Assembly: GCF_009914755.1 (NCBI RefSeq)
Contig: NC_060933.1
Length of the DNA: 64,000 nt
From: the human T2T-CHM13v2.0 reference genome, Homo sapiens
Direction: 5' to 3' (one strand)
Below are positions 1 to 12,600 of this stretch, in pieces (the stretch's first letter is position 1; each line of letters begins with the position of its first letter). A program made the translations under genes and the position numbers. Under the pieces are notes generated by a model that worked only from the letters and a program-made list of their open reading frames with translations, searched no databases and was not told the DNA's origin.

Positions 1-1257
1 TCCGTTCCATTCCATTCCATTCCATTCCATTCCGTTCTATTCGGGTTAATTCCATTCCATTCCATTCCATTCCATTCCATTCCAATCGAGTTGTTTCCAT
101 TCCATTCCATTCCATTCCATTCCACTCCATTCCAGTCCTTTCCATTCCATTCCACTCCGGTTGATTCCAATGTATTCCTTTCCATTCCATTCCATTCCAT
201 TGCAATCGAGTTGATTCCATTGCTTTGCATTCCATTCCATTCCATTCCATTCCGGATGATTCCATTCCATTGCATTCCATACCATTCCATTCCCCTCCAC
301 TCGGTTTGATTCCATTCCATTCCACTCCATTCCGTTCCATTCCATTCCATTCCATTGTATTCGGGTTAATTCCATTCCATTCCATTCCATTCCATTCCAT
401 TCCATTACAATCGAGTTGATTCCATTCCATTCCATTCCATTCCAGTCCTTTCCATTCCATTCCTGTCGGGTTGATTCCATTCTATTAGTTTCCATTCCAT
501 TCCATTCCCTTCCATTCCACTCTGGTTGATTCCATTCCTTTCCATTCCACTCGAAAACATTCCCTCTTATTCCACTCGGAACGATTCCATTCCATTCCAT
601 TCCATTCCATTCCATTCCATTCCATTCCATTCCATTCCATTTCGTTCCATTCCATTCTATTCCGTATCATTCCATTCCATTCCATTCCATTCCATTAAAT
701 TCCATTCCATTCCATTCCATTCCATTGTACTCGGGTTGATTCCATTCCATTGCATTCCATTCCATTCCATTCCATTCCATTCCGTTGCATGCCATTCCAT
801 TACATTCGGATTCATTCTATTCAACTCCCTTACTCTCCATTACATTCCATTCCATTCGGGTTGTTCCATTCCATTCCATTCCATTCCACTCCATTCCATT
901 GCACTCGGGTTGATTCCATTCCATTCCATTCCATTCCATTCCATTCCATTCCATTCCATTCCATTCCGGATGATTCCATTCCATTGCATTCCTTTCCATT
1001 ACATTCCCCTGCACTCGCGTTGATTCCATTCCATTCCATTCCATTCCATTCAATTCCATTCCATTACAATTCGTTCCATTCCACTCTATTCCGTACCATT
1101 CCATTCCATTCCATACCATTGCATTCCATTCCATTCCATTCCATTCCATTCTATTTGGATTAATTCCATTCCATTCCATTCCATTCCATTCTATTCCATT
1201 CCATTGCAATCGAGTTGAATCCATTGCATTTCATTCCATTCCATTCCATTCCATTCC

Positions 1258-1272
1258 ATTCCGGAAGATTCC
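1258..1272. promoter_or_regulatory. Canonical heat shock element match ATTCCGGAAGATTCC (first of ~39 in the window)
   Basis: aTTCc-gGAAg-aTTCc is three contiguous inverted nGAAn units, the established HSF1 trimer consensus. The motif match is direct; occupancy is not shown. Confidence 0.55.
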
Positions 1273-4200
1273 ATTCCATTGCATTCCATTCCATTCCATT
1301 CCCCTGCATTCGCTTTGATTCCATTGCATTCCATTCCATTCCATTCCATTCCATTCCGTTCCGTTCCATTCCATTCAATTCCATTCCATTCCATTCCATT
1401 ACGTTCCGTTCCATTCCATTCCATTCCAGTCTATTCGGGTTAATTCCATTCCATTCCATTCGATTGCAATCGAGTTGATTCCATTCCATTCCATTCCATT
1501 CCATTCCATTCCATTCCATTCCATTCCTTTCCATTCCATTACGGATGATTCCATTCCATTGCATTCCATTCCATTCCATTCCCCTGTACTCGGGTTGATT
1601 CCATTCCATTCCATTCCAATCCATGCCATTCCACTCGTGTTGATTCCATTCTTTCCATTCTATTCAAGTTGAATCCATTCCATTGCATTCCATTCCATTC
1701 GATTCCATTCGATTGCACTCGGGTTGATTCCATTCCATTGCATTCCATTCCATTCCATTCCATTCCATTCCATTCCATTCCATTCCGTTCCGTTCCATTC
1801 CATTACATTCGGATTGATTCTATTCAATTCCCTTACACTCCATTACATTCCATTCCTTTCGGGTAGTTTCCATTCCATTCCATTCCATTTCTCTCCATTC
1901 CATTGCACTCGGGTTGATTCCATTCCATTGCATTCCATTCCATTCCATTCAATTCCATTCCGTTCCATTCCATTCCATTACATTCAGACTGATTCTATTC
2001 AACTCCCTTACTCTCCATTCCATTCCATTCCATTCGGGTTGTTCCCTTCCATTCCATTCCATTCCACTCCATTCCATTGCACTCGGGTTGATTCCATTCC
2101 ATTCCATTCCATTCCATTCCATTCCATTCCGGAAGATTCCATTCCATTGCATTCCATTCCATTCCATTCCCCTGCACTCGCGTTGATTCCATTCCATTCC
2201 ATTCTATTCCATTCCATTCCCTTCCTTTCCGTTCCATTCCATTCCATTCCATTCCATTCCATTCCATTCCGTTCCGTTCCATTCCATTCCATTCCATTCT
2301 ATTCGGGTTAATTCCATTCCATTCCATTCGATTGCAATCGAGTTGATTCCATTCCATTACATTCCATTCCATTCCATTCCATTCCATTCCTTTCCATTCC
2401 ATTACGGATGATTCCATTCCATTGCATTCCATTCCATTCCATTCCCCTATACTCGGGTTGATTCCATTCCATTCCATTACAATCCATGCCATTCCACTCG
2501 TGTTGATTCCATTCTTTCCATTCCATTGAAGTTGAATCCGTTCCATTGCATTCCATTCCGTTCGATTCCATTCGATTGCACTCGGGTTGATTCCATTGCA
2601 TTGCATTCCACTCCATTCCATTCCATTCCATTCCATTCCGTTCCATTCCATTTCATTACATTCAGATTGATTCTATTCAATTCCCTTACACTCCATTATA
2701 TTCCAATCCATTCTTGTTGTCTCCATTCCATTCCATTCCATTTCACTCCATTCCATTGCGCTCAGGTTGATTCCATTCCACTCCATTCCATTCCATTCCA
2801 TTCCATTACATTACATTACATTCCGTTCCATTGTACTCGGGTTGATTCCATTCCATTGCATTCCATTCCATTCCATCCCATTCCATTCCATTCTATTCCA
2901 CTCCGTTCCATTCCATTACATTCGGATTGATTTTATTCAACTCCCTTACTCTCCATTACATTCCATTCCATTCGGCTTGTTCCATTCTATTCCATTCCAT
3001 TCCACTCCATTCCATTGCACTGGTGTTGATTCCATTCCATTCCATTCCATTCCATTCCATTCCATTCCATTCCGGATGATTCCATTCCATTGCATTCCGT
3101 TCCATTACATTCCCCTGCACTCGGGTTGATTCCATTCCATTCCATTCCATTCCATTTGATTCCATTCCATTCCAAATCTTTCCATTCCATTATATTCCGT
3201 ACCATGCCATTCCATTCCATACAATTACATTCCATTCCATTCCACTCCGTTCCGTTCCGTTCCGTTCCGTTCCATTCCATTCCATTCTATTCTATTCGGG
3301 TTAATTCCATTCCATTCCATTCGATTGCAATCGAGTTGATTCCATTCCATTCCATTCCTTTCCATTCCTTTCCATTCCATTACGGATGATTCCATTCCAT
3401 TGCACTCCATTCCATTCCATTCCCCTGTACTCTGGTTGATTCCATTCCATTCCATTCCAATCCATGCCATTCCACTCGTGTTGATTCCATTCTTTCCATT
3501 CCATTCAAGTTGAATCCATTCCATTTCATTCCATTCCATTCCATTCCCCTGTAGTCGGGTTGATTCCGTTCCATTCCATTCCATTCCATTCCATTCCATT
3601 CCGTTCCATTCCATTCCATTCCATTCCATTCTATTCGGATTAATTCCATTCCATTGCATTCCATTCCATTCCATTCCCCTCCACTCGGGTTGATTCCATT
3701 CCATTCCACTCCATTCCGTTCCATTCCATTCCATTCCATTGTATTCGGGTTAATTCCATTCCATTCCATTCCATTCCATTCCATTATAATCGAGTTGATT
3801 CCATTCCATTCTGTTCCATTCCAGTCCTTTCCATTCCATTCCAGTCGGGTTGATTCCATTCTATTAGTTTCCATTCCATTCCATTCCCTTCCATTCCACT
3901 CTGGTTGATTCCATTCCTTCCCATTCCACTCGAAAACATTCCCTCCTATTCCATTCGCAACGATTCCATTCCATTCCATTCCATTCCATTCCATTCCATT
4001 CCATTCCATTTCGTTCCATTCCAATCTATTCCGTATCATTCCATCCATTCCATTCCATTCCATTAAATTCCATTCCATTCCATTCCATTCCATTGTACTC
4101 GGGTTGATTCCATTCCATTGCATTCCATTCCATTCCATTCCATTCCATTCCGTTGCATTCCATTCCATTACATTCGGATTGATTCTATTCAACTCCCTTA

Positions 4201-6076
4201 CTCTCCATTACATTCAATTCCATTCGGGTTGTTCCATTCCATTCCATTCCATTCCACTCCATTCCATTGCACTCGGGTTGATTCCATTCCATTCCATTCC
4301 ATTCCATTCCGGATGATTCCATTCCATTGCATTCCTTTCCATTACATTCCCCTGCACTCGCGTTGATTCCATTCCATTCCATTCCATTCCATTCAATTCC
4401 ATTCCATTACAATTCGTTCCATTCCATTCTATTCCGTACCATTCCATTCCATTCCATACCATTCCATTCAATTCCATTCCATTCCATTCCTTTCCATTCC
4501 GTTCCATTCCATTCCATTCCATTCTATTCGGATTAATTCCATTCCATTCCATTCCATTCCATTCTATTCCATTCCATTGCAGTCGAGTTGAATCCATTGC
4601 ATTTCATTCCATTCCATTCCATTCCATTCCATTCCGGAAGATTCCATTCCATTGCATTCCATTCCATTCCATTCCCCTGCACACGCGTTGATTCCATTCC
4701 ATTCCATTCCATTCCATTCCATTCCATTCCGTTCCGTTCCATTCCATTCTATTCCATTCCATTCCATTCCGTTCTGTTCCATTCCATTCCATTCCATTCT
4801 ATTCGGGTTAATTCCAATCCATTCCATTCGATTGCAATCGAGTTGATTCCATTCCATTCCATTCCATTCCATTCCATTCCTTTCCATTCCATTACAGATG
4901 ATTCCATTCCATTGCATTCCATTCCATTCCATTCCCCTGTACTCGGGTTGATTCCATTCCATTCCATTCCAATCCATGCCATTCCACTCGTGTTGATTCC
5001 ATTGTTTCCATTCCATTCAAGTTGAATCCATTCCATTGCATTCCATTCCATTCTATTCCATTCGATTGCACTCGGGTTAATTCCATTCCATTCCATTCCA
5101 TTCCATTCCATTCCGTTCCATTCCATTCCATTACATTCCGATTGATTCTATTCAATTCCCTTACACTCCATTACATTCCATTCCATTCGGGTAGTTTCCA
5201 TTCCATTCCATTCCATTCCTCTCCATTCCATTGCACTCGGGTTGATTGCATTCCATTGCATTCCATTCCATTCCATTCAATCCCATTCCGTTCCCTTCCA
5301 TTCCATTACATTCGGATTGATTCTATTCAACTCCCGTACTCTCCATTACATTCGATTCCATTCGGGTTGTTCCATTCCATTCCATTCCATTCCACTCCAT
5401 TCCATTGCACTCGGGTTGATTCCATTCCATTCCATTCCATTCCGGAAGATTCCTTTCCATTGCATTCCCTTACATTCCATTCCCCTGCACTCGCGTTGAT
5501 TCCATTCCATTCCATTCCATTCCATTCCATTCCATTCCATTCCTTTCCGTTCCATTCCATTGCATTCCATTCCATTCCATTCCATTCCATTCCATTCCAT
5601 TCCGTTCCGTTCCGTTCCATTCCATTCCATTCCATTCTTTTCGGGTAAATTCCATTCCATTCCATTCCATTGCAATCGAGTTGATTCCATTCCATTCCAT
5701 TCCATTCCATTCCATTCCTTTCCATTCCATTACGAATGATTCCATTCCATTGCATTCCATTCCATTCCATTCCCCTGTACTCGGGTTGATTCCATTCCAT
5801 TCCATTCCAATCCATGCCATTCCACTCGTGTTGATTCCATTCTTTCCATTCCATTCAAGTTGAATCCATTCCATTGCATTCCATTCCATTCCATTCCATT
5901 CCCCCGCAGTAGGGTTGATTCCATTCCATTCCTTTCCATTCCATTCCGTTCCTTTCCATTTAATTCCATTCCATTCTATTCGGTTTAATTCCATTCCATT
6001 CCATTCCATTCCATTCCAATCGAGTTGATTCCATTCCATTCCATTCCATTCCATTCCACTCCATTCCAGTCCTTTC

Positions 6077-6370
6077 CATTCCATTCCCCTCGGGTTGATT
6101 CCAATGTATTCCTTTCCATTCCATTTCATTCCATTGCAATCGAGTTGATTCCATTTCTTTGCATTCCATTCCATTCTATTCCATTCCGGATGATTCCATT
6201 CCATTGCATTCCATTACATTCCATTCCCCTCGGGTTGATTCCAATGTATTCCTTTCCATTCCATTTCATTCCATTGCAATCGAGTTGATTCCATTTCTTT
6301 GCATTCCATTCCATTCTATTCCATTCCGGATGATTCCATTCCATTGCATTCCATTCCATTCCATTCCCCT
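6077..6370 (+). repeat. 140-bp local tandem duplication (also at 12432-12725)
   Basis: CCCCTCGGGTTGATTCCAATGTATT...CCATTTCTTTGC at 6086 and 6226; ORF starts 6159/6299. Confidence 0.92.
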
Positions 6371-9020
6371 GCACTCGGGTTGATTCCCTTCCATTCCACT
6401 CCATTCCGTTCCATTCCATTCCATTCCGTTGTATTCGGGTTATTTCCATTCCATTCCATTCCATTCCATTCCATTCCAATCCATTACAATCGAGTTGATT
6501 CCATTCCATTCCATTCCATTCCATTCCATTCCATTCCAGTCCTTTCCATTCCATTCCACTCGGGTTGATTCCATTCTATTAGATTCCATTCCATTCCATT
6601 CCCTTCCATTCCACTCTGGTTGATTCCATTCCTTTCCATTCCACTCGAATACATTCCCTCCTATTCCACTCGGAACGATTCCATTCCATTACATTCCATT
6701 GCATTCCATTCCATTTCGTTCCATTCCATTCTATTCCGTACCATTCCATTCCATTCCATTCCTTTCCATTCCATTCCATTCCACTCGTTTTGATTCCATT
6801 CCTTTCCATTCCATTCGGTTTGAAGGTATTCCATTCCATTCAATTCCATTCCATTCCATTCCATTCCATTCCATTCCATTCCATTCCATTCCATTCCATT
6901 CCATTGTACTCGGGTTGATTCCATTCCATTGCATTCCATTCCATTCCATTCCATTCCATTCCATTCCATTCCGTTGCATTCCATTCCATTTCATTCGGAT
7001 TGATTCTATTCAACTCACTTACTCCCCATTACATTCCATTCCATTCGGGTTGTTCCATTCCATTCCATTCCATTCCACTCCATTCCATTGCACTTGGGTT
7101 GATTCCATTCCATTACATTCCATTCCATTCCGGATGTTTCCATTCCATTGCATTCCGTTCCATTACATTCCCCTGCACTCGCATTGATTCCATTCCATTC
7201 CATTCCATTCCATTCAATTCCATTCCATTACAATTCGTTCCATTCCATTCTATTCCGTACCATTCCATTCCATTCCATACCATTCCATTCCATTCCATTC
7301 CATTCCATTCCGTTCCATTCCGTTCCATTGCATTCCATTCCATTCTATTCGGGTTAATTCCATTCCATTCCATTCCATTCCATTCTATTCCATTCCATTG
7401 CTATCGAGTTGAATCCATTGCATTTCATTCCATTCCATTCCATTCCATTCCGGAAGATTCCATTCCATTGCATTCCATTCCATTCAATTCCCCTGCACTC
7501 GCGTTGATTCCATTCCATTCCATTCCATTCCATTCCATTCCGTTCCGTTCCGTTCCGTTCCATTCCATTCCATTCCATTCCATTGTATTCCGTTCCGTTT
7601 CATTCCATTCCATTCCATTCTATTTGGGTTAATTCCATTCCATTCCATTCGATTGCAATCGAGTTGATTCCATTCCATTCCATTCCATTCCATTCCATTC
7701 CATTCCATTCCATTCCTTTCCATTCCATTACGGATGATTCCATTCCATTGCATTCCATTCCATTCCATTCCCCTGTACTCTGGTTGATTCCATTCCATTC
7801 CATTCCAATCCATGCCATTCCACTCGTGTTGATTCCATTCTTTCCATTCCATTCAAGTTGAATCCATTCCATTGCATTGCATTCCATTCAATTCCATTCG
7901 ATTGCACTCGGGTTGATTCCATTCCATTCCATTCCATTCCATTCCATTCCATTCCATTCCATTCGGATTGATTCTACTCAATTCCCTTACACTCCATTAC
8001 ATTCCATTCCATTCGGGTTGTTCCATTCCATTCCATTCCATTCCACTCCATTCCATTACACTCGGGTTGATTCCATTCCATTCCATTCCATTCCATTCCG
8101 GAAGATTCCATTCCATTGCATTCCATTACATTCCATTCTCCTGCACTCGCGTTGATTCCATTCCATTCCATTCCATTCCATTCCATTACTTTCCGTTCCA
8201 TTCCATTCCATTCCATTCCATTCCATTCCGTTCCGTTCCGTTCCGTTCCAATCCATTCCATTCCATTCTATTCGGGTTAATTCCATTCCATTCCATTCGA
8301 TTGCAATCGAGTTGATTCCATTCCATTCCATTCCATTCCATTCCATTCCATTCCATTCCTTTCCATTCCATTACGGATGATTCCATTCCATTGCATTCCA
8401 TTCCATTCCATTCCCCTGTACTCGGGTTGATTCCATTCCATTCCATTCCAATCCATGCCATTCCACTCGTGTTGATTCCATTCTTTCCATTCCATTCAAG
8501 TTGAATCCATTCCATGGCTTTCCATTCCATTCCATTCCCCTGCAGTCGGGTTGATTCCATTCCATTCCATTCGATTCCATTCCATTCCATTCCATTCCGT
8601 TCCGTTCCATTTAATTCCATTCCATTCTATTCGGGTTAATTCCATTCCATTCCATTCCATTCCATTCCATTCCATTCCAATCGAGTTGATTCCACTCCAT
8701 TCCATTCCATTCCATTCCACTCCATTCCCGTCCTTTCCATTCCATTCCACTCGGGTTGATTCCAATGTATTCCTTTCCAGTCCATTCCATTCCATTGCAA
8801 TCGAGTTGATTCCATTGCTTTGCATTCCATTCCATTCCATTACATTCCGGATGATTCCATTCCATTGCATTCCATTCCATTCCATTCCCCTGCACTCGGG
8901 TTGATTCCATTCCATTCCACTCCATTCCGTTCCATTCCATTCCATTCCATTGTATTTGGGTTAATTCCATTCCATTCCATTCCATTCCATTCCATTGCAT
9001 TCCATTACAATCGAGTTCAT

Positions 9021-9375
9021 TCCATTCCATTCCATTCCATTCCATTCCATTCCAGTCCTTTCCATTCCATTCCACTCAGGTTGATTCCATTCTATTAGTT
9101 TCCATTCCATTCCATTCCCTTCCATTCCACTCTGATTGATTCCATTCCTTTCCAATCCACTCGAATACATTCCCTCCTATTCTACTCGGAACGATTCCAT
9201 TCCATTCCATTCCATTCCATTCCATTCCATTCCAGTCCTTTCCTTTCCATTCCACTGAGGTTGATTCCATTCTATTAGTTTCCATTCCATTCCATTCCCT
9301 TCCATTCCACTCTGGTTGATTCCATTCCTTTCCAATCCACTCGAATACATTCCCTCCTATTCTACTCGGAACGAT
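9021..9375 (+). repeat. 180-bp imperfect tandem duplication (also at ~15376-15730)
   Basis: TCCAGTCCTT at 9051/9231 and TCTATTAGTT at 9091/9271. Both copies share the rare TCCAATCCAC and TCTACTCGGA words; a few mismatches (CTCAGG/CTGAGG, CTGATTG/CTGGTTG). Confidence 0.9.
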
Positions 9376-9540
9376 TATATTGCATTCCATTCCATTCCAT
9401 TCCATTCCATTCCATTCCATTTCTTTCCATTACATTCTATTCCATACCATTCCATACCATTCCATTCCATTCCATTCCATTCCATTCCATTCCACTCGTG
9501 TTGATTCCATTCCTTTCAATTCCATTCGGTTTGAAGCCAT

Positions 9541-9657
9541 TCCATTCCATTCCATTCCATTCCATTCCATTCCTGTCCATTCCATTGCACTCGGGTTGAT
9601 TCCATTCCATTCCATTCCATTCCATTCCATTCCTGTCCATTCCATTGCACTCGGGTT
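9541..9657 (+). repeat. 60-bp tandem duplication at the 6355-bp duplication junction
   Basis: TCCTGTCCATTCCATTGCACTCGGGTT at 9571 and 9631; only one copy at the paralogous site (15926). Confidence 0.9.
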
Positions 9658-12600
9658 AATTCCATTCCATTCCATTCGATTGCAATCGAGTTGATTCCAT
9701 TCCATTCCATTCCTTTCCATTCCTTTCCATTCCATTACGGATGATTCCATTCCATTGCACTCCATTCCATTCCATTCCCCTGTACTCTGGTTGATTCCAT
9801 TCCATTCCATTCCAATCCATGCCATTCCACTCGTGTTGATTCCATTCTTTCCATTCCATTCAAGTTGAATCCATTCCATTTCATTCCATTCCATTCCATT
9901 CCCCTGTAGTCGGGTTGATTCCGTTCCATTCCATTCCATTCCATTCCATTCCATTCCGTTCCATTCCATTCCATTCCATTCCATTCTATTCGGATTAATT
10001 CCATTCCATTGCATTCCATTCCATTCCATTCCCCTCCACTCGGGTTGATTCCATTCCATTCCACTCCATTCCGTTCCATTCCATTCCATTCCATTGTATT
10101 CGGGTTAATTCCATTCCATTCCATTCCATTCCATTCCATTATAATCGAGTTGATTCCATTCCATTCTGTTCCATTCCAGTCCTTTCCATTCCATTCCAGT
10201 CGGGTTGATTCCATTCTATTAGTTTCCATTCCATTCCATTCCCTTCCATTCCACTCTGGTTGATTCCATTCCTTCCCATTCCACTCGAAAACATTCCCTC
10301 CTATTCCATTCGCAACGATTCCATTCCATTCCATTCCATTCCATTCCATTCCATTCCATTCCATTTCGTTCCATTCCAATCTATTCCGTATCATTCCATC
10401 CATTCCATTCCATTCCATTAAATTCCATTCCATTCCATTCCATTCCATTGTACTCGGGTTGATTCCATTCCATTGCATTCCATTCCATTCCATTCCATTC
10501 CATTCCGTTGCATTCCATTCCATTACATTCGGATTGATTCTATTCAACTCCCTTACTCTCCATTACATTCAATTCCATTCGGGTTGTTCCATTCCATTCC
10601 ATTCCATTCCACTCCATTCCATTGCACTCGGGTTGATTCCATTCCATTCCATTCCATTCCATTCCGGATGATTCCATTCCATTGCATTCCTTTCCATTAC
10701 ATTCCCCTGCACTCGCGTTGATTCCATTCCATTCCATTCCATTCCATTCAATTCCATTCCATTACAATTCGTTCCATTCCATTCTATTCCGTACCATTCC
10801 ATTCCATTCCATACCATTCCATTCAATTCCATTCCATTCCATTCCTTTCCATTCCGTTCCATTCCATTCCATTCCATTCTATTCGGATTAATTCCATTCC
10901 ATTCCATTCCATTCCATTCTATTCCATTCCATTGCAGTCGAGTTGAATCCATTGCATTTCATTCCATTCCATTCCATTCCATTCCATTCCGGAAGATTCC
11001 ATTCCATTGCATTCCATTCCATTCCATTCCCCTGCACACGCGTTGATTCCATTCCATTCCATTCCATTCCATTCCATTCCATTCCGTTCCGTTCCATTCC
11101 ATTCTATTCCATTCCATTCCATTCCGTTCTGTTCCATTCCATTCCATTCCATTCTATTCGGGTTAATTCCAATCCATTCCATTCGATTGCAATCGAGTTG
11201 ATTCCATTCCATTCCATTCCATTCCATTCCATTCCTTTCCATTCCATTACGGATGATTCCATTCCATTGCATTCCATTCCATTCCATTCCCCTGTACTCG
11301 GGTTGATTCCATTCCATTCCATTCCAATCCATGCCATTCCACTCGTGTTGATTCCATTGTTTCCATTCCATTCAAGTTGAATCCATTCCATTGCATTCCA
11401 TTCCATTCTATTCCATTCGATTGCACTCGGGTTAATTCCATTCCATTCCATTCCATTCCATTCCATTCCGTTCCATTCCATTCCATTACATTCCGATTGA
11501 TTCTATTCAATTCCCTTACACTCCATTACATTCCATTCCATTCGGGTAGTTTCCATTCCATTCCATTCCATTCCTCTCCATTCCATTGCACTCGGGTTGA
11601 TTGCATTCCATTGCATTCCATTCCATTCCATTCAATCCCATTCCGTTCCCTTCCATTCCATTACATTCGGATTGATTCTATTCAACTCCCGTACTCTCCA
11701 TTACATTCGATTCCATTCGGGTTGTTCCATTCCATTCCATTCCATTCCACTCCATTCCATTGCACTCGGGTTGATTCCATTCCATTCCATTCCATTCCGG
11801 AAGATTCCTTTCCATTGCATTCCCTTACATTCCATTCCCCTGCACTCGCGTTGATTCCATTCCATTCCATTCCATTCCATTCCATTCCATTCCATTCCTT
11901 TCCGTTCCATTCCATTGCATTCCATTCCATTCCATTCCATTCCATTCCATTCCATTCCGTTCCGTTCCGTTCCATTCCATTCCATTCCATTCTTTTCGGG
12001 TAAATTCCATTCCATTCCATTCCATTGCAATCGAGTTGATTCCATTCCATTCCATTCCATTCCATTCCATTCCTTTCCATTCCATTACGAATGATTCCAT
12101 TCCATTGCATTCCATTCCATTCCATTCCCCTGTACTCGGGTTGATTCCATTCCATTCCATTCCAATCCATGCCATTCCACTCGTGTTGATTCCATTCTTT
12201 CCATTCCATTCAAGTTGAATCCATTCCATTGCATTCCATTCCATTCCATTCCATTCCCCCGCAGTAGGGTTGATTCCATTCCATTCCTTTCCATTCCATT
12301 CCGTTCCTTTCCATTTAATTCCATTCCATTCTATTCGGTTTAATTCCATTCCATTCCATTCCATTCCATTCCAATCGAGTTGATTCCATTCCATTCCATT
12401 CCATTCCATTCCACTCCATTCCAGTCCTTTCCATTCCATTCCCCTCGGGTTGATTCCAATGTATTCCTTTCCATTCCATTTCATTCCATTGCAATCGAGT
12501 TGATTCCATTTCTTTGCATTCCATTCCATTCTATTCCATTCCGGATGATTCCATTCCATTGCATTCCATTACATTCCATTCCCCTCGGGTTGATTCCAAT

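Larger units (their letters stand above)
3296..9650 (+). repeat. 6355-bp tandem duplication, copy 1
   Basis: ORF track repeats at a constant +6355 offset (3301->9656, 4104->10459, 7000->13355, 9380->15735) with matching translations. Sequence from 3296 (TCGGGTTAATT) restarts at 9651. Confidence 0.95.

Noticed and set aside
1699-1720. ATTCGATTCCATTCGATT and GGATGATTCC words resembling HSat2
   Set aside because: They are sparse, fixed components of the HSat3 module order. Long perfect CATTC runs and TCGGGTTG dominate, so there is no HSat2 block.
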